A stretch of 64,000 bases of DNA, taken from Synechococcus sp. GTDB lineage: Bacteria > Cyanobacteriota > Cyanobacteriia > PCC-6307 > Cyanobiaceae. Below, one piece after another: positions 32,628 through 44,446 of the stretch. The notes beneath the pieces are model-generated. The model did no database searches. It was not told the origin of the DNA and worked only from the letters and a program-made list of their open reading frames with translations. Each line of letters opens with the position of its first letter. Positions within the stretch are counted from its first letter, which is position 1. The DNA is taken from the NCBI GenBank assembly GCA_047285805.1, contig JBJBCN010000003.1, forward strand, positions 640,001-704,000. Direction: 5' to 3'. Both the position numbers and the translations under genes were made by a program.

Positions 32628-35600
32628 TTAGTTCTCGCTGAGGGTGACGAGTTCTTTGAGTTGGCTCACATCCATGCCGCCGAGCCAATCCTCACCGGAG
32701 CCAACGATGTCTTCGGCGAGCTTCGACTTCTCTTTAATCATCCTGTCGATGCGCTCTTCCACGGAGCCGCTGGTGATGAACTTGTGGACCATCACCCGGT
32801 TCTGCTGACCGATGCGGTAGGCACGGTCGGTTGCCTGGTTTTCGACGGCGGGGTTCCACCAGCGGTCGATGTGGAAGACGTGGCTGGCGCGGGTCAGGTT
32901 GAGGCCGACGCCACCAGCCTTAAGGGACAGCAGGAAAAGTTGGGGGCCGCGGGGGTCGTCCTGGAAGCGGTCGACCATGGCCTGACGCTCGGTCTTGCTA
33001 GTGCTGCCATAGAGGAAGGGCACCTTTTGGCGCCACTTGTGCTCGAGGTGGGCCTTGAGCAGATGACCCCATTCGGCGAACTGGGTGAAGAGCAGGGCCC
33101 GATCGCCGGCTTCCACCACTTCCTCGAGGATTTCCTCAAGCCTCTGCACCTTGGCGCTGCGGGCCGCGAACTCCTTGAAGAAGCTGGCATCCGCGTCAGC
33201 GGGGTCCTGCTTGAGGGCGAGTGCCGGGTGGTTGCAGATCTGCTTGAGTTTAGTGAGCAAGGCCAGCACCTGCCCATGTTTCTGGCCTAGTGGTGCCCGG
33301 GCGATCGCATCGAGGCTCTCGTCCACGGTCTTGGAGTAGAGCTTTTTCTGCTCGGGCGCCAGACCCACCCATTCGCTCAGTTCCACCTTCTCGGGCAGGT
33401 CGGAAATGATCGACTTGTCGGTTTTCAGGCGGCGCAGGATGAACGGGCCCACGCGGCCCTTGAGGTCTCGTAGGGACGACATGTCGCCGTAGCGCTCGAT
33501 CGGCATTCGGTAGCGCTGGCGGAAGAAGGGCTCATCGCCGAGCACTTTCGGATTGAGGAAATCCATCAGGGCCCAGAGCTCGCTGACCCGGTTCTCCACC
33601 GGTGTGCCGGTCAGGGCAATGCGGAAGCGGGGCCCCTTGCCTGAGCGTCCCATGTCCCGGGCCGCCATGGACTGCTTGGCGGTGTGGTTCTTGATCGCCT
33701 GGGCTTCATCGATCACAACCCCCTGCCAGTCGACCTTGTCCAGCAGCTCGCTGTCCCGTTGCAGCAGGCCGTAGGTGGTCAGAACGAGATCCACGCCCTT
33801 CAGCGCTTTCTTGAGGGCTTCCGCGCTGGAGGGGCGGCGGGGGCCGTAGTGCTCGTTGACCGTCAGGTCCGGGGTGAAGGCTGCGGCTTCCCGCTTCCAG
33901 TTCGTCAGCACCGAGGTGGGCGCCACCAGCAGCACGGGGCGTTTGAGCTCCTCTTCGGCCTTGAGGTGTTGCAGGAAGGCCAAGAGCTGAATCGTTTTGC
34001 CCAGACCCATGTCGTCGGCCAGGCAGGCGCCCTGATCGAAGCGGTGCAGGAAGGCCAGCCAGCCCAAGCCGCGTTCTTGGTAGGGCCGCAGTTGGCCGGC
34101 GAAGCCTGGGGGCGCCGGCAGCGGATCCGGGGCCTTTTGCTGGTGGTATTGCTCGAGGACCGCCTGCAGGCGGGGCCCGGCCGTGAAGGCGTGAACCGGG
34201 AGCCGGGCCAAGGTCTCGCCCTCGTTGCCAGTGATGCGCAGGGCTTCATCGAGGCTGAAGGGCGGCTCCGAGGAGCAGAACTTCTCGGCGTTCTTCAGGT
34301 CGAGGGGGCGCAGTTCGATCCAGGCGCCCTTGTGTTGCACCAGGGGGCTGCGCTTTGCCGAGAGCTTCTCGAGGTCCTTCAGGTTCAGCGTGACCCCGCC
34401 GATCATGAATTCCCAGCGCCAATCCAGGCTTTCGCCGAGCGTGAAGCCGCGGGATTTCTCGGGTAGCTCGGCCGTGATCGCCAGGCCCAGGCGGCTGGCC
34501 AGGCCCCCGGAGAGGCTGGCCGGGAGGACCACGCCGACACCCACATCCCGCAGGCGCGCCGCGGCGGTGCGCACGAGGACAAAGGCCTCAGCGGGGGTGA
34601 GCTGCATCGCCTCGGGGGTGGCGGCATCGAGGCCCCGCTCGAGGGGCTCAAAGGCCAAGAGGGCGCGGCCCAGGCCCTCCAGCAGCAGTGCTCCGGGCTG
34701 CTCCAGCTGCAGTTCACCGAGGGCCAGGCTGCTGTCGCCTGCGGCCCAGACCAAGCTGGCGGGCAACCGCAGGGTCGGGTCAGCCTCAGCTTGAAGACCG
34801 AATTTCAGCTCCCAAAGTTCCTCCCCTTCCGGCGGGGTGAAGAGCTCGAAGCAGGCCCTGGCGGGAGCGACCTTGCCGGCGACAGTCTCGCGCCAGTGAT
34901 TGCTGGCGCCGCAGAGGCGCTCCTGTTCTTCCTCGTCGAGCTTGAGCTTGCCGTCGCGGCTGGCGAGGCCCTCTTCCCAGGCTGCCAGCAGGGGGTCTAG
35001 GCCGGCTGCACCCGGCTTGAAGGCTTCCCGCAGCTGCCCGTCCACCAGCTTGTCGACGATGCTCGCTACCAGGAGCCGATTGGAGCGGGGACGACCGCAG
35101 GCCAACTGGGGATCGGGGCTGGAGGCGGCCACCACCTGGGGCATCTGGGAGGCGAGCTCCTCTAGCCGGCGGCGGTCGTCTTCCCGGTTCAGCAAGGGGC
35201 GCCAGCTGGCTGTGCCGTCCGCGCTCTCCGGTAGCCAGCGGCCACGGGCGATCAGGCTGAGGCACCAGCGCTGGACGTGGCACCACCAGAGCAGGTCATC
35301 CCCCAGGCCCGCCTCATAGGCGCCTGAGAGGGGCAATTGGTTGAGCCAGGTGGCCGCGGGCCCCGGTTTGAGGAACCAACCCTCCACCTGCCAGGGCCAC
35401 CAGCTCAGGTCCTTGGGGAGGGGTTCCCCGGATTGCAGCGGTAGGCCACTCCAGGGGCTTCTGTCTGTGCTCTTGGTGCCGCGGCTCTGCTGTTGACGGC
35501 TGGGTAATGTCAGGGTGACGGTGGCTTGACGCAGGTCCTCGGACCAGAATTTGTTGTCGTCTAGCCAGGTGGCTAGATCGTCAAGGTCCAGGCTCAGGGG

Positions 35601-35747
35601 GTGCAAGGGGGCCTCGTCCTTCGGGCTGACGGGTTCAGCCACACGCCAGGTGTCAGCCCAGATCAAGAGGCCGGCGGTGGGCGCCTTGCCTTTGGCGAAG
35701 CTCCCCGCCGGGACGACGGGCAGCCAGGTGGCATGCAGCAGGCTCAT
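32628..35747 (-). CDS. SNF2-family helicase/ATPase
   Basis: LADDMGLGKT, DEAQ, LTGTPVEN and WWNPAVENQATDRAYRIGQ motifs. Confidence 0.95.
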   Translation of the reverse strand: MSLLHATWLPVVPAGSFAKGKAPTAGLLIWADTWRVAEPVSPKDEAPLHPLSLDLDDLATWLDDNKFWSEDLRQATVTLTLPSRQQQSRGTKSTDRSPWSGLPLQSGEPLPKDLSWWPWQVEGWFLKPGPAATWLNQLPLSGAYEAGLGDDLLWWCHVQRWCLSLIARGRWLPESADGTASWRPLLNREDDRRRLEELASQMPQVVAASSPDPQLACGRPRSNRLLVASIVDKLVDGQLREAFKPGAAGLDPLLAAWEEGLASRDGKLKLDEEEQERLCGASNHWRETVAGKVAPARACFELFTPPEGEELWELKFGLQAEADPTLRLPASLVWAAGDSSLALGELQLEQPGALLLEGLGRALLAFEPLERGLDAATPEAMQLTPAEAFVLVRTAAARLRDVGVGVVLPASLSGGLASRLGLAITAELPEKSRGFTLGESLDWRWEFMIGGVTLNLKDLEKLSAKRSPLVQHKGAWIELRPLDLKNAEKFCSSEPPFSLDEALRITGNEGETLARLPVHAFTAGPRLQAVLEQYHQQKAPDPLPAPPGFAGQLRPYQERGLGWLAFLHRFDQGACLADDMGLGKTIQLLAFLQHLKAEEELKRPVLLVAPTSVLTNWKREAAAFTPDLTVNEHYGPRRPSSAEALKKALKGVDLVLTTYGLLQRDSELLDKVDWQGVVIDEAQAIKNHTAKQSMAARDMGRSGKGPRFRIALTGTPVENRVSELWALMDFLNPKVLGDEPFFRQRYRMPIERYGDMSSLRDLKGRVGPFILRRLKTDKSIISDLPEKVELSEWVGLAPEQKKLYSKTVDESLDAIARAPLGQKHGQVLALLTKLKQICNHPALALKQDPADADASFFKEFAARSAKVQRLEEILEEVVEAGDRALLFTQFAEWGHLLKAHLEHKWRQKVPFLYGSTSKTERQAMVDRFQDDPRGPQLFLLSLKAGGVGLNLTRASHVFHIDRWWNPAVENQATDRAYRIGQQNRVMVHKFITSGSVEERIDRMIKEKSKLAEDIVGSGEDWLGGMDVSQLKELVTLSEN

Positions 35748-35765
35748 GGAGGCGGGGCCTGGGGT

Positions 35766-36212
35766 TCAGGGGCGCCGCTGGATCGGTTCAACCCGGCTCA
35801 CGACAAGTCGCGATAGGGCCATCGATCCGTGCAACACCAGCGCGGCGCCGATCAGCGGCAACCAAGCACGAATAAACTCCATCATCACAGTTGGCGCGAC
35901 CTCAGCCAAGGTCTGGGGCCAAGGGCCCTGCAGCGGCCAGGGCAAAAGTGCCGGCCGGCCAAGGCTGTGGATGCCGCAGACCGCTCCGACGAGGCCCGCC
36001 TGCAGGTGGCCATCGTTGGCGTCGACCCGCTGTAGGTGGAAGGCCAGGAGGCCATAGAAAAGACCGCAACCGCCGGCCCTAAGGGCCGATTCCAAGCCGA
36101 GTGGCAGCCCCAAGATCAAGGCGCTGAAGCCGGCCCCCAGGGCCCAGGCGATCGATCGCAGCCGCAGTTCGGCCCGGCTGGGCTCAGAGGTGGCGGGGGA
36201 GGCGGCGCTCAT
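35766..36212 (-). CDS. Hypothetical membrane protein
   Basis: Several hydrophobic segments; divergent from alaS. Confidence 0.65.
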   Translation of the reverse strand: MSAASPATSEPSRAELRLRSIAWALGAGFSALILGLPLGLESALRAGGCGLFYGLLAFHLQRVDANDGHLQAGLVGAVCGIHSLGRPALLPWPLQGPWPQTLAEVAPTVMMEFIRAWLPLIGAALVLHGSMALSRLVVSRVEPIQRRP

Positions 36213-36253
36213 GCTGCGCGATCATGGCGGGTTAAGGCTCGTTTTGCTTCGCC

Positions 36254-38890
36254 ATGGCCGCCGCTCCCCGCACTGGTGCTGAGATTCGTGCGGCTTTTCT
36301 GGACTTCTACGAGCAGAGGGGCCACAAACCGATGGTCAGTGCCTCGCTGGTGCCGGAGGACCCGACGGTTCTGCTGACCATCGCCGGGATGTTGCCGTTT
36401 AAGCCGGTCTTTCTTGGTCAGCAGCCCCGGCCTTCGGCTCGCGCGACCAGTAGCCAGAAGTGCATTCGCACCAACGACATCGAAAACGTGGGGCGCACGG
36501 CGCGGCACCACACGTTCTTCGAGATGCTCGGGAACTTCTCCTTCGGCGACTACTTCAAGGAGCAGGCCATCCAGTGGGCCTGGGAGCTGAGCACCGCTGT
36601 GTTCGGGATCAGGCCCAATAACTTGGTGGTTAGCGTCTTCCGCGAGGACGACGAAGCCGAGCAGATCTGGCGCGATGTCGTGGGGGTGAACCCCAAGCGG
36701 ATCATCCGAATGGATGAGGCAGACAACTTCTGGGCCTCCGGTCCCACGGGCCCTTGCGGTCCCTGCTCGGAGATCTATTACGACTTCAAGCCCGAACTGG
36801 GCGATGAAGACATCGATCTGGAGGACGACAGCCGCTTCATCGAGTTCTACAACTTGGTGTTCATGCAATACAACCGCGACGCTGAGGGCACCCTCACGCC
36901 GCTGGAGAATCGCAACATCGACACCGGGATGGGCCTCGAGCGGATGGCCCAGATCCTGCAGCAGGTTCCGAACAACTATGAGACCGACCTCATTTATCCG
37001 CTGATCGAGGCCGCGGCGGGTTTGGCCGGGATCGACTACAAGCAGCTCGACGCCAAAGGCCAGACGTCGCTGAAGGTGATCGGGGACCATAGTCGCGCTG
37101 TAACCCAGCTAATCTGTGATGGCGTCATCGCCAGCAACCTCGGCCGCGGTTACATCCTGCGCCGGCTGCTTCGTCGCGTGGTCCGCCACGGACGTCTCCT
37201 GGGCATCGACAAGCCCTTCCTGACGGCCATGGGTGAAGCGTCGATTGCCCTGATGCAGTCGGCTTACCCTCAGCTGCGGGAGCGTCAGGAGGTGATCCTG
37301 AGCGAGCTGAAGCGCGAAGAGGCGCGCTTCCTGGAAACCCTGGAGCGGGGCGAGAAGCTGCTGGCGGATGTGCTGGCGGCCAAGCCCAAGCAGATCTCAG
37401 GCGAGCAGGCCTTTGAGCTCTATGACACCTATGGCTTCCCCGTGGAGTTGACCCAGGAGATCGCCGAGGATCATGGCCTCGTGGTCGACTTGGACGGCTT
37501 TGAGCAGGCCATGGAGGCCCAGCGCCAGCGGGCGAAGGCCGCGGCGGTGAGGATTGATTTGACCCTTCAAGACGCCATCGATCAGATGGCGGCGGATCTG
37601 GAGGCCACTCGCTTCCAGGGCTATGAGCTGGTGGACTACAGCAGCAGCGTTCAGGCGCTGGTGGTCAATGGTGAACCGGCGGAGCGGGCCGAGGCTGGCG
37701 ACAGTGTTCAGGTGGTTCTCGACATCACTCCCTTCTACGGCGAAGGCGGCGGTCAGGTGGGCGACCGCGGCGTGCTCAGCGGAGACGGCTTGATCGTCGC
37801 GATTGAGGCCGTGAGCCGAAACCGCAGCGTCTTTGTCCACAGCGGCCGGGTGGAGCGCGGCAGCGTGAGCGTTGGCGATGTGGTCCACGGCCAGGTGGAT
37901 CGGGCCTGCCGCCGTCGGGCCCAGGCGAACCACACGGCGACCCACCTGCTCCAGTCGGCCCTCAAGCAGGTTGTCGATCCCGGGATCGGGCAGGCCGGCT
38001 CACTGGTTGATTTCGATCGCCTGCGCTTTGACTTCCATTGCCCCCGTGCGATCACCGTTGAGGAGCTCGAGCAGATTGAGACCCTTATCAACGGTTGGAT
38101 TGCCGAGGCCCACAACCTCGAGGTGCAGGAGATGGCGATCGAGAAGGCCAAGGTCGCCGGCGCCGTGGCGATGTTCGGTGAGAAGTACGCCGATGTGGTT
38201 CGGGTCGTCGATGTCCCGGGCGTGTCGATGGAGCTCTGCGGCGGCACCCACGTCAGCAACACAGCTGAGATTGGCCTGTTCAAGATCGTCAGCGAAAGCG
38301 GTGTGGCCGCGGGCATCCGACGCATTGAGGCGGTCGCGGGTGCGGCGGTGCTCGCCTATCTGAATGAGCGCGACGCGGTGGTGAAGCAGCTCGGTGAGCG
38401 CTTCAAGGCCCAACCGGCAGAGATCGTTGAGCGGGTCGTCAGCCTGCAGAGCGAGCTGAAGGCCAGCCAGAAGGCTCTGGCCGCTGCCCGCGGGGAATTG
38501 GCCTTGGCGAAATCAGCTGCCCTGGTGAGCCAAGCCGAAGCGCTCGGCGAGTGCCAGCTGCTGATCAGTCGCCTGGATGGCGTGGAAGGTGGTGGCCTGC
38601 AGAGCGCGGCCCAGGGGCTCGTGGATCAACTCGGCGATGGAGCCGCAGTTGTCCTTGGCGGCCTGCCGGATCCGTCTGATCTGGGCAAGGTGATCTTGGT
38701 GGCCGCCTTCGGCAAGGGTGTGATCGCCAAAGGCCAGCAGGCCGGCAAGTTCATTGGCGCCGTGGCCAAGGCGTGTGGCGGCGGTGGTGGCGGCCGGCCG
38801 AACCTGGCGCAGGCCGGCGGTCGCGATGGTGCAGCCCTTGATGCAGCGCTGGAGCAGGCCAAAGGCGAGCTGACCCTAGCCCTGGGCTGA
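36254..38890 (+). CDS. alaS: Alanine--tRNA ligase
   Basis: [35 protein letters not shown] and GGGGG motifs. Confidence 0.98.
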   Translation: MAAAPRTGAEIRAAFLDFYEQRGHKPMVSASLVPEDPTVLLTIAGMLPFKPVFLGQQPRPSARATSSQKCIRTNDIENVGRTARHHTFFEMLGNFSFGDYFKEQAIQWAWELSTAVFGIRPNNLVVSVFREDDEAEQIWRDVVGVNPKRIIRMDEADNFWASGPTGPCGPCSEIYYDFKPELGDEDIDLEDDSRFIEFYNLVFMQYNRDAEGTLTPLENRNIDTGMGLERMAQILQQVPNNYETDLIYPLIEAAAGLAGIDYKQLDAKGQTSLKVIGDHSRAVTQLICDGVIASNLGRGYILRRLLRRVVRHGRLLGIDKPFLTAMGEASIALMQSAYPQLRERQEVILSELKREEARFLETLERGEKLLADVLAAKPKQISGEQAFELYDTYGFPVELTQEIAEDHGLVVDLDGFEQAMEAQRQRAKAAAVRIDLTLQDAIDQMAADLEATRFQGYELVDYSSSVQALVVNGEPAERAEAGDSVQVVLDITPFYGEGGGQVGDRGVLSGDGLIVAIEAVSRNRSVFVHSGRVERGSVSVGDVVHGQVDRACRRRAQANHTATHLLQSALKQVVDPGIGQAGSLVDFDRLRFDFHCPRAITVEELEQIETLINGWIAEAHNLEVQEMAIEKAKVAGAVAMFGEKYADVVRVVDVPGVSMELCGGTHVSNTAEIGLFKIVSESGVAAGIRRIEAVAGAAVLAYLNERDAVVKQLGERFKAQPAEIVERVVSLQSELKASQKALAAARGELALAKSAALVSQAEALGECQLLISRLDGVEGGGLQSAAQGLVDQLGDGAAVVLGGLPDPSDLGKVILVAAFGKGVIAKGQQAGKFIGAVAKACGGGGGGRPNLAQAGGRDGAALDAALEQAKGELTLALG

Positions 38891-38981
38891 TCCAGACAGC
38901 TCCTGAACCGCTCTCCTGGCGTTGCCAGGAGAGCGGCAGGAGAGGAACCCTGAAGCCAAGACCTGTTGCAGGAGAGTCCCG

Positions 38982-39173
38982 ATGGCGAGCTCCTTTGAGA
39001 TTCACGCCCGGCACCACTGGAGCTTTCAGTTGGTGCTGATGGGTAGCCGACTCCAACTGGAGGGTTGCCGTGAAGGGGAAGAGCCCCTGCGCTGTTCCAC
39101 TTGGCTGGAGCCCCAGGATACGCCCCTTCACATGGCCCATGAGCTTATGGCTCACCCGAGCTGCGCTGTTTGA
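38982..39173 (+). CDS. Small hypothetical protein (63 aa)
   Basis: GGAGA RBS before the ATG; fills the alaS-speA gap. Confidence 0.5.
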   Translation: MASSFEIHARHHWSFQLVLMGSRLQLEGCREGEEPLRCSTWLEPQDTPLHMAHELMAHPSCAV

Positions 39174-39177
39174 TCGA

Positions 39178-41112
39178 TTAGCTCTGCAGGTAAGTCGTTT
39201 GCCTGAGGCTCGTCTCCAGGTGATCCATCAGGCGCCGGGCCTCCTGGATTTTGAGGCTTCCCTTTTGGATGGCCGCCTCACTGGTCACCCGCAGGCGCTC
39301 CAGCAGCACCTCCGGGTCGTGTTCCATCGCTTCAAGCACTTCGGCGTTGGTGTCTCCCCGCACGACATGGTCCACCTGGTAGCCGCCGCCTGGTGAGAGG
39401 CGGATGTGGACCGCATTGGTGGCGCCAAACAGGTTGTGGAGGTTGCCCATCACCTCCTGATAGGCCCCGCCCAGGAACAGGCCGATCAAGTAGGGCTCAC
39501 CTGGAGTCAGCGCGTGGAGTTCCAGCAGTGGTTTGCTTTGCCCCTGGGCGATGAACCGCGCCAGCTTTCCATCGGAGTCGCAGGTCAGGTCTGCGAAGTG
39601 CCCCAGCTGCTCGGGCTGTTCGTTCAGCCGGTGAATCGGCAGCAGCGGGAAGAGTTGCTCAATCGCCCAGCTGTCGGGGGCGGAGCGAAAGACCGACAAA
39701 TTGGCGTAGAACGTCGCTGCCAGTTCGGCTTTGAGGTTGCTGAGCTCCTCGGGAATAGCCTCATTGCTCGGCAGTTTTTGGGCAATGGCCTGGGCGCATG
39801 CCCAGGTGAGCTGCTCGGCTACGGAGCGTTCCGGAAGGCTGATGTAGCCCAGGCGGAAGGCGTTCAGTGCGTCGTCTTTAAATTTTAGGGCGTCGTTCCA
39901 TGTCTCCTGCAGCTTCGAGAGATCGCGATCGCCCTCCCCATCGAAGGCTTCAATCTCCGCGAGGGTTTGGCGCAGGTTGCGGACCGTGAGCGCTTCCTCG
40001 CCCTCGGTGGCTGGGCAGCCACTAGGCACGGTGCTCTGGCCGAGCACGTTGAACACCAGCACCGAGAAGTGGCTGGCGATGGCCCGGCCGCTTTCGCTGA
40101 CCAGGGTTGGAACGGGAACACCGTGGGGCTCGCAGCATTCCCTGACTGTCGCGACGACGTCGTTGGCGTAGTTCTGAAGCGAGTAGTTCGTTGAGGCCGA
40201 CGTCGCGGTCCGGCTGCCGTCGTAGTCGACCCCGAGCCCACCACCCACGTCCAGGAATCCCATAGGAGCGCCGAGCTTGGTCAGTTCGACATAGATCTGT
40301 CCGGCTTCCTGCAGGGCGTCCTTGAGAACTGCAATGTCGTTGATCTGACTGCCTACATGGAAGTGGAGCAGCTTCAGGTCGTTCAGCAGGTTGGCCTGCT
40401 TCAGGGCCTCGACCGTTGCGAGGAGTTCGGGGATGGCCAAGCCAAATTTCGCTTTGGCGCCAACGGAGCTACCCCAGCGTCCGGTGCTGCGGCTGGAGAG
40501 CTTGGCTCGGATGCCAATAAAGGGTGCTGCGCCTAGGTCTTGGCTGGCCTGGATGATCCGTTCGACTTCGTCGGCCTGCTCGATCACGACCACCGGTTGC
40601 CGGCCGAGGCGTCTGGCGAGAATGGCCGTCTCGATGTAGCGCTGATCCTTGTAGCCGTTGCAGATCAGCAGCGCCTCGGTGTCATCCACCAAGGAGAGGG
40701 CGATCAGTAGTTCCGCTTTGCTGCCGGCCTCCAGGCCGAAGTGCCAGCGCTTGCCGCAGGCCACGAGCTCCTCGACCACATGGCGCTGTTGGTTGCACTT
40801 CACGGGGAAGACCCCCTGGTAGCGACCGGAGTAGCCGTATTGGGTAATGGCGCGCTCAAAGGCGGCATGGAGTCGCTCGAGCCGATCCTCGAGGATGTCG
40901 TCGAAGCGAATCAGCAGGGGGAGCCCGAGGCTGCGACCTTCTAGGCCCTGGACGAGATCCAGGAGATCCAGGCTCCCGCCCCGCTCCCCTTTGGGCTGGA
41001 CGTTGATGTGGCCGCGGGCATTGACAGAGAAATAGGGATCTCCCCAGCGGTCGATGCCGTAGAGGGCTGCGCTGTCGGCCGCGCTCCAGCTGGTGTTTTC
41101 AGCGGAGACCAT
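39178..41112 (-). CDS. speA: Biosynthetic arginine decarboxylase
   Basis: FPVKCNQ PLP-Lys, [17 protein letters not shown] and ADLTCDSDG motifs. Confidence 0.96.
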   Translation of the reverse strand: MVSAENTSWSAADSAALYGIDRWGDPYFSVNARGHINVQPKGERGGSLDLLDLVQGLEGRSLGLPLLIRFDDILEDRLERLHAAFERAITQYGYSGRYQGVFPVKCNQQRHVVEELVACGKRWHFGLEAGSKAELLIALSLVDDTEALLICNGYKDQRYIETAILARRLGRQPVVVIEQADEVERIIQASQDLGAAPFIGIRAKLSSRSTGRWGSSVGAKAKFGLAIPELLATVEALKQANLLNDLKLLHFHVGSQINDIAVLKDALQEAGQIYVELTKLGAPMGFLDVGGGLGVDYDGSRTATSASTNYSLQNYANDVVATVRECCEPHGVPVPTLVSESGRAIASHFSVLVFNVLGQSTVPSGCPATEGEEALTVRNLRQTLAEIEAFDGEGDRDLSKLQETWNDALKFKDDALNAFRLGYISLPERSVAEQLTWACAQAIAQKLPSNEAIPEELSNLKAELAATFYANLSVFRSAPDSWAIEQLFPLLPIHRLNEQPEQLGHFADLTCDSDGKLARFIAQGQSKPLLELHALTPGEPYLIGLFLGGAYQEVMGNLHNLFGATNAVHIRLSPGGGYQVDHVVRGDTNAEVLEAMEHDPEVLLERLRVTSEAAIQKGSLKIQEARRLMDHLETSLRQTTYLQS

Positions 41113-41227
41113 CGAGCTGGCAGCGGGGCAATGCCGGAAATCTAAGGACTCGTGCCCGCGCCGCCACGTGTACTTGCCAAGCGGTAGGGCGGCCACGGAC
41201 GATGGCCCGGATCTGACGTTTTTTGTT

Positions 41228-41686
41228 ATGGCTGCCGAGCGCACCTTTGTCGCCATCAAGCCCGATGGTGTTCAGCGCGGTTTGGTGGGCGAGATTCTCG
41301 GCCGCTTCGAGCGCAAGGGCTTCAAGTTGGTGGGGCTCAAGCAGCTCACCCCCAGCCGTGAACTGGCAGAGAGCCACTACGGCGTCCATCGCGAGCGCCC
41401 CTTCTTCGCTGGCCTGGTGGACTTCATCACCTCGGGCCCGGTTGTGGCCATGGTTTGGGAAGGCGACGGCGTGATCGCCAGCGCCCGCAAGCTTATCGGC
41501 GCCACCAAGCCCCTGGAAGCTGAGCCCGGCACCATTCGCGGTGATCTCGCCGTGAACATCGGCCGCAACGTCATCCACGGTTCGGACGCCCCTGAAACCG
41601 CTCAGTTCGAGATCGGCCTCTGGTTCCAGGCTTCTGAGCTCAGCGATTGGACCCCTTCGGATCAGGGCTGGCGCGTCGAGGGCTGA
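41228..41686 (+). CDS. ndk: Nucleoside diphosphate kinase
   Basis: [16 protein letters not shown] and NVIHGSD motifs. Confidence 0.98.
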   Translation: MAAERTFVAIKPDGVQRGLVGEILGRFERKGFKLVGLKQLTPSRELAESHYGVHRERPFFAGLVDFITSGPVVAMVWEGDGVIASARKLIGATKPLEAEPGTIRGDLAVNIGRNVIHGSDAPETAQFEIGLWFQASELSDWTPSDQGWRVEG

Positions 41687-41705
41687 TCCCTCCCCTTCCA
41701 ACGAG

Positions 41706-41734
41706 ACCGGGGAGCGCAAGCCCCCGGTTTTTTT
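41706..41734 (+). terminator. Intrinsic terminator after ndk
   Basis: ACCGGGG...CCCCGGT stem plus T-run. Confidence 0.75.
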
Positions 41735-42860
41735 ATGCCGCGCGCTGGTCGCGTTCGGAAAAGCGTTTCCAGCTGAAAGCACCCAGCAGCTGCTCTTCAT
41801 CCGGCGTCAGCTCTTCGCCAAGAAGGCACTTGCGCAAGAGCTGGGCGGTAACGGCGGCTAGCAGAACACCATTGCGATGGTGCCCTGCCGCAAGCCACAG
41901 GCCTGAGATCGCACTGTCCCCTAGCAGGGGCCCTTCGTCGGGGGTGCAGGGCCTGAAGCCCCACCAGCGCTCCATCGGCGGCCAGTGTTTTGCTTCAGGG
42001 AGGAGCGCCGCGATGCCCGCCTGCAGTTGTCTTTGGCCGAAGGGGGTCAGCCCGGTGGTGAATCCCGCATCCCGTTCGCTGGTGGCTCCGACCACCAGCA
42101 GGCCGTCTTCCCGAGGGACCAGATAGGTGCCCGGGCCAAAGATCACGCGGGGCAGGGCATCTTTGGGGCCCTGCAGCGAGAGCATCTGTCCTTTCACCGG
42201 ATAGATCGGTAGCTCGGGCAGCAGCTCGGCACTCCAGGCTCCGCAACAGAGAACTGCCTCAATTGCATCGATGGTCTGGAGGTCGCCTTCAGCGTTGCGG
42301 ACGCGGATCCCCTGGAGCGTCTGGTCCTTCTGGAGCAGCTCCAGGACTTCAACGCCCTCCTGAAAACGCACCCCCAGGTCGACGCAGGAGCGCTCCAGGG
42401 CGCGCATAAGTTGACGGCGGTTGTCGATTTGACCGTCCTGCTGGAAGAGCAGTCCGGCCTGCCAGCCCGGCCCGATGCCCGGGATTTCACGCTCGAGGCC
42501 GGCTCGATCCAGGGCTTGCCCCCAGGGAGCCGTCGGATAGACGTCACGCTCCGCCTCCGAGGCGAAGGGCACCACGATCCCGCACTCCCGCAGCCCGCAG
42601 GAGATGCCGCTTTCGGTTTCGATCTGGGCTACCCAGCCGGGCATCCGCCCCAAGCTTTCTTGGCCGAGGCGCAGCAGATCACCGCTGAGCCCTTCGGCAT
42701 GGGGCGCGAGCATCCCGGCGGCCACAAAACCCGCCGCTTCGCTGCGTTGACGGCTGAGCACTTCGACGGAGCGTCCAGCCCGGGCGAGCTGATGGGCCAG
42801 GGCAAGACCCATGAGGCCGCCCCCGACGATCAGAACTCCGTTGCCCTGGGCGGCTGTCAT
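41733..42860 (-). CDS. thiO: Glycine oxidase ThiO
   Basis: GGGLMG, AAGMLAP, PVKGQM, GFRPCTPD and GHHRNGVLLA motifs. Confidence 0.92.
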   Translation of the reverse strand: MTAAQGNGVLIVGGGLMGLALAHQLARAGRSVEVLSRQRSEAAGFVAAGMLAPHAEGLSGDLLRLGQESLGRMPGWVAQIETESGISCGLRECGIVVPFASEAERDVYPTAPWGQALDRAGLEREIPGIGPGWQAGLLFQQDGQIDNRRQLMRALERSCVDLGVRFQEGVEVLELLQKDQTLQGIRVRNAEGDLQTIDAIEAVLCCGAWSAELLPELPIYPVKGQMLSLQGPKDALPRVIFGPGTYLVPREDGLLVVGATSERDAGFTTGLTPFGQRQLQAGIAALLPEAKHWPPMERWWGFRPCTPDEGPLLGDSAISGLWLAAGHHRNGVLLAAVTAQLLRKCLLGEELTPDEEQLLGAFSWKRFSERDQRAA

Positions 42861-42953
42861 AGCCGGTCCAACCCGAACCGCCAGTGTTTCAGGTGATGCG
42901 CAGGGCTGACCAGCGGCCCTTCCATAGGATCAGACGATTGACGGAGTTTTGAC

Positions 42954-44426
42954 ATGGCTGCTGAGGCCGCCTGGGAAGCAGTGATCGGCTTGGAGACCCA
43001 TGTGCAACTGGGGACCAACAGCAAGATCTTTACCAGTGCCTCCACCACCTTTGGGGACGATCCCAACACCCATATCGATCCGGTGGTTTGCGGTCTGCCT
43101 GGCACCCTTCCGGTGCTGAATCAGAAGGTGCTGGAGTACGCAGTGAAGGCGTCGATGGCCCTCAACCTGAATATTGCTGAGCACAGCAAATTCGATCGTA
43201 AGCAATATTTCTATCCGGACCTGCCCAAGAACTACCAAATTTCCCAGTACGACGAACCGATCGCTGAGGACGGCTGGATTGATGTCGAAGTTGCTGAGAA
43301 AGGCAAAGAGACCTATCTCAAAAAGATTGGAATTGAGCGCCTCCACATGGAGGAGGATGCCGGCAAGTTGGTCCACGCCGGTAGTGATCGCCTTGCCGGC
43401 TCCACCCATTCTTTGGTGGACTACAACCGCGCTGGTGTGGCCCTCGCTGAGATCGTGAGCAAGCCCGATTTACGCACCGGCCGGGAGGCGGCGGAGTACG
43501 CCTCGGAGATCCGCCGGATCATGCGCTATTTGGGCGTCAGCGACGGAAATATGCAGGAGGGTTCCCTGCGCTGTGATGTCAACATCTCTGTGCGCCGTGG
43601 GCCGGATGCGCCCTTTGGTACGAAGGTGGAGATCAAGAATATGAACTCCTTCTCGGCCATCCAGAAGGCCTGTGAGTACGAGATTCAGCGTCAGATCAAG
43701 GCCTACGAAACGGGCGAACCGATCGTTCAGGAGACACGCCTTTGGGATGAGGGCAAGCAGCTCACCAAGAGCATGCGCAGTAAGGAGGGAGCAAGCGATT
43801 ACCGCTACTTCCCCGATCCTGACCTGGGACCGATAGAAGTAAGCGCCGAGCTCCGGGAAGGTTGGCGCTCTGAGTTGCCCGAGCTGCCGGCAGCCAAGCG
43901 CCACCGCTACGCCGAAGACCTCGGCCTGTCCCAGTACGACGCCCGCGTGCTGACGGACGAGCGTCCGATGGCGGAATTCTTCGAGGCGGCTGTGGCCACC
44001 GGAGCAGACCCCAAAGGTGTGTCGAATTGGATCACCGGTGACATTGCCGCATACGTCAATGCCAACCGTCTGAGCTACACGGAATTGGCCTTCCGCCCGG
44101 AACAGCTGGCGGAGATGGTGAAGCTGATCGACGATGGCAAGATCAGCGGCAAGATCGCCAAGGAAATCCTTCCTGATTTGCTGGAGAAGGGTGGCTCACC
44201 GGCCAAGATTGTCGATGAGCGGGGCCTCGGCATGATCAGTGACCCTGCCGCGATCACCGCGATCGTGGAAGAGCTTCTGGCTGCTCACCCTGAAGAGGTC
44301 GAAGCCTTCCGCGGCGGAAAGAATAAGCTACAGGGCTTCTTTGTCGGTCAGCTGATGAAGAAGACTGGTGGTAAGGCTGATCCGAAACTGGCAAACCAGA
44401 TCTTGAGCCAGAAGTTGAAAGGATAG
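42954..44426 (+). CDS. gatB: Asp/Glu-tRNA amidotransferase subunit B
   Basis: VIGLETHVQL, RKQYFYPDLPKNYQISQ and DYRYFPDPDL motifs. Confidence 0.98.
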   Translation: MAAEAAWEAVIGLETHVQLGTNSKIFTSASTTFGDDPNTHIDPVVCGLPGTLPVLNQKVLEYAVKASMALNLNIAEHSKFDRKQYFYPDLPKNYQISQYDEPIAEDGWIDVEVAEKGKETYLKKIGIERLHMEEDAGKLVHAGSDRLAGSTHSLVDYNRAGVALAEIVSKPDLRTGREAAEYASEIRRIMRYLGVSDGNMQEGSLRCDVNISVRRGPDAPFGTKVEIKNMNSFSAIQKACEYEIQRQIKAYETGEPIVQETRLWDEGKQLTKSMRSKEGASDYRYFPDPDLGPIEVSAELREGWRSELPELPAAKRHRYAEDLGLSQYDARVLTDERPMAEFFEAAVATGADPKGVSNWITGDIAAYVNANRLSYTELAFRPEQLAEMVKLIDDGKISGKIAKEILPDLLEKGGSPAKIVDERGLGMISDPAAITAIVEELLAAHPEEVEAFRGGKNKLQGFFVGQLMKKTGGKADPKLANQILSQKLKG

Positions 44427-44446
44427 CCTCTTTGTTTGTGAGGCAT

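Noticed and set aside
31730..35747. SWIM + SNF2 pair as a novel defence system
   Set aside because: A well-known, widespread gene pair with host-like composition and no mobile context.
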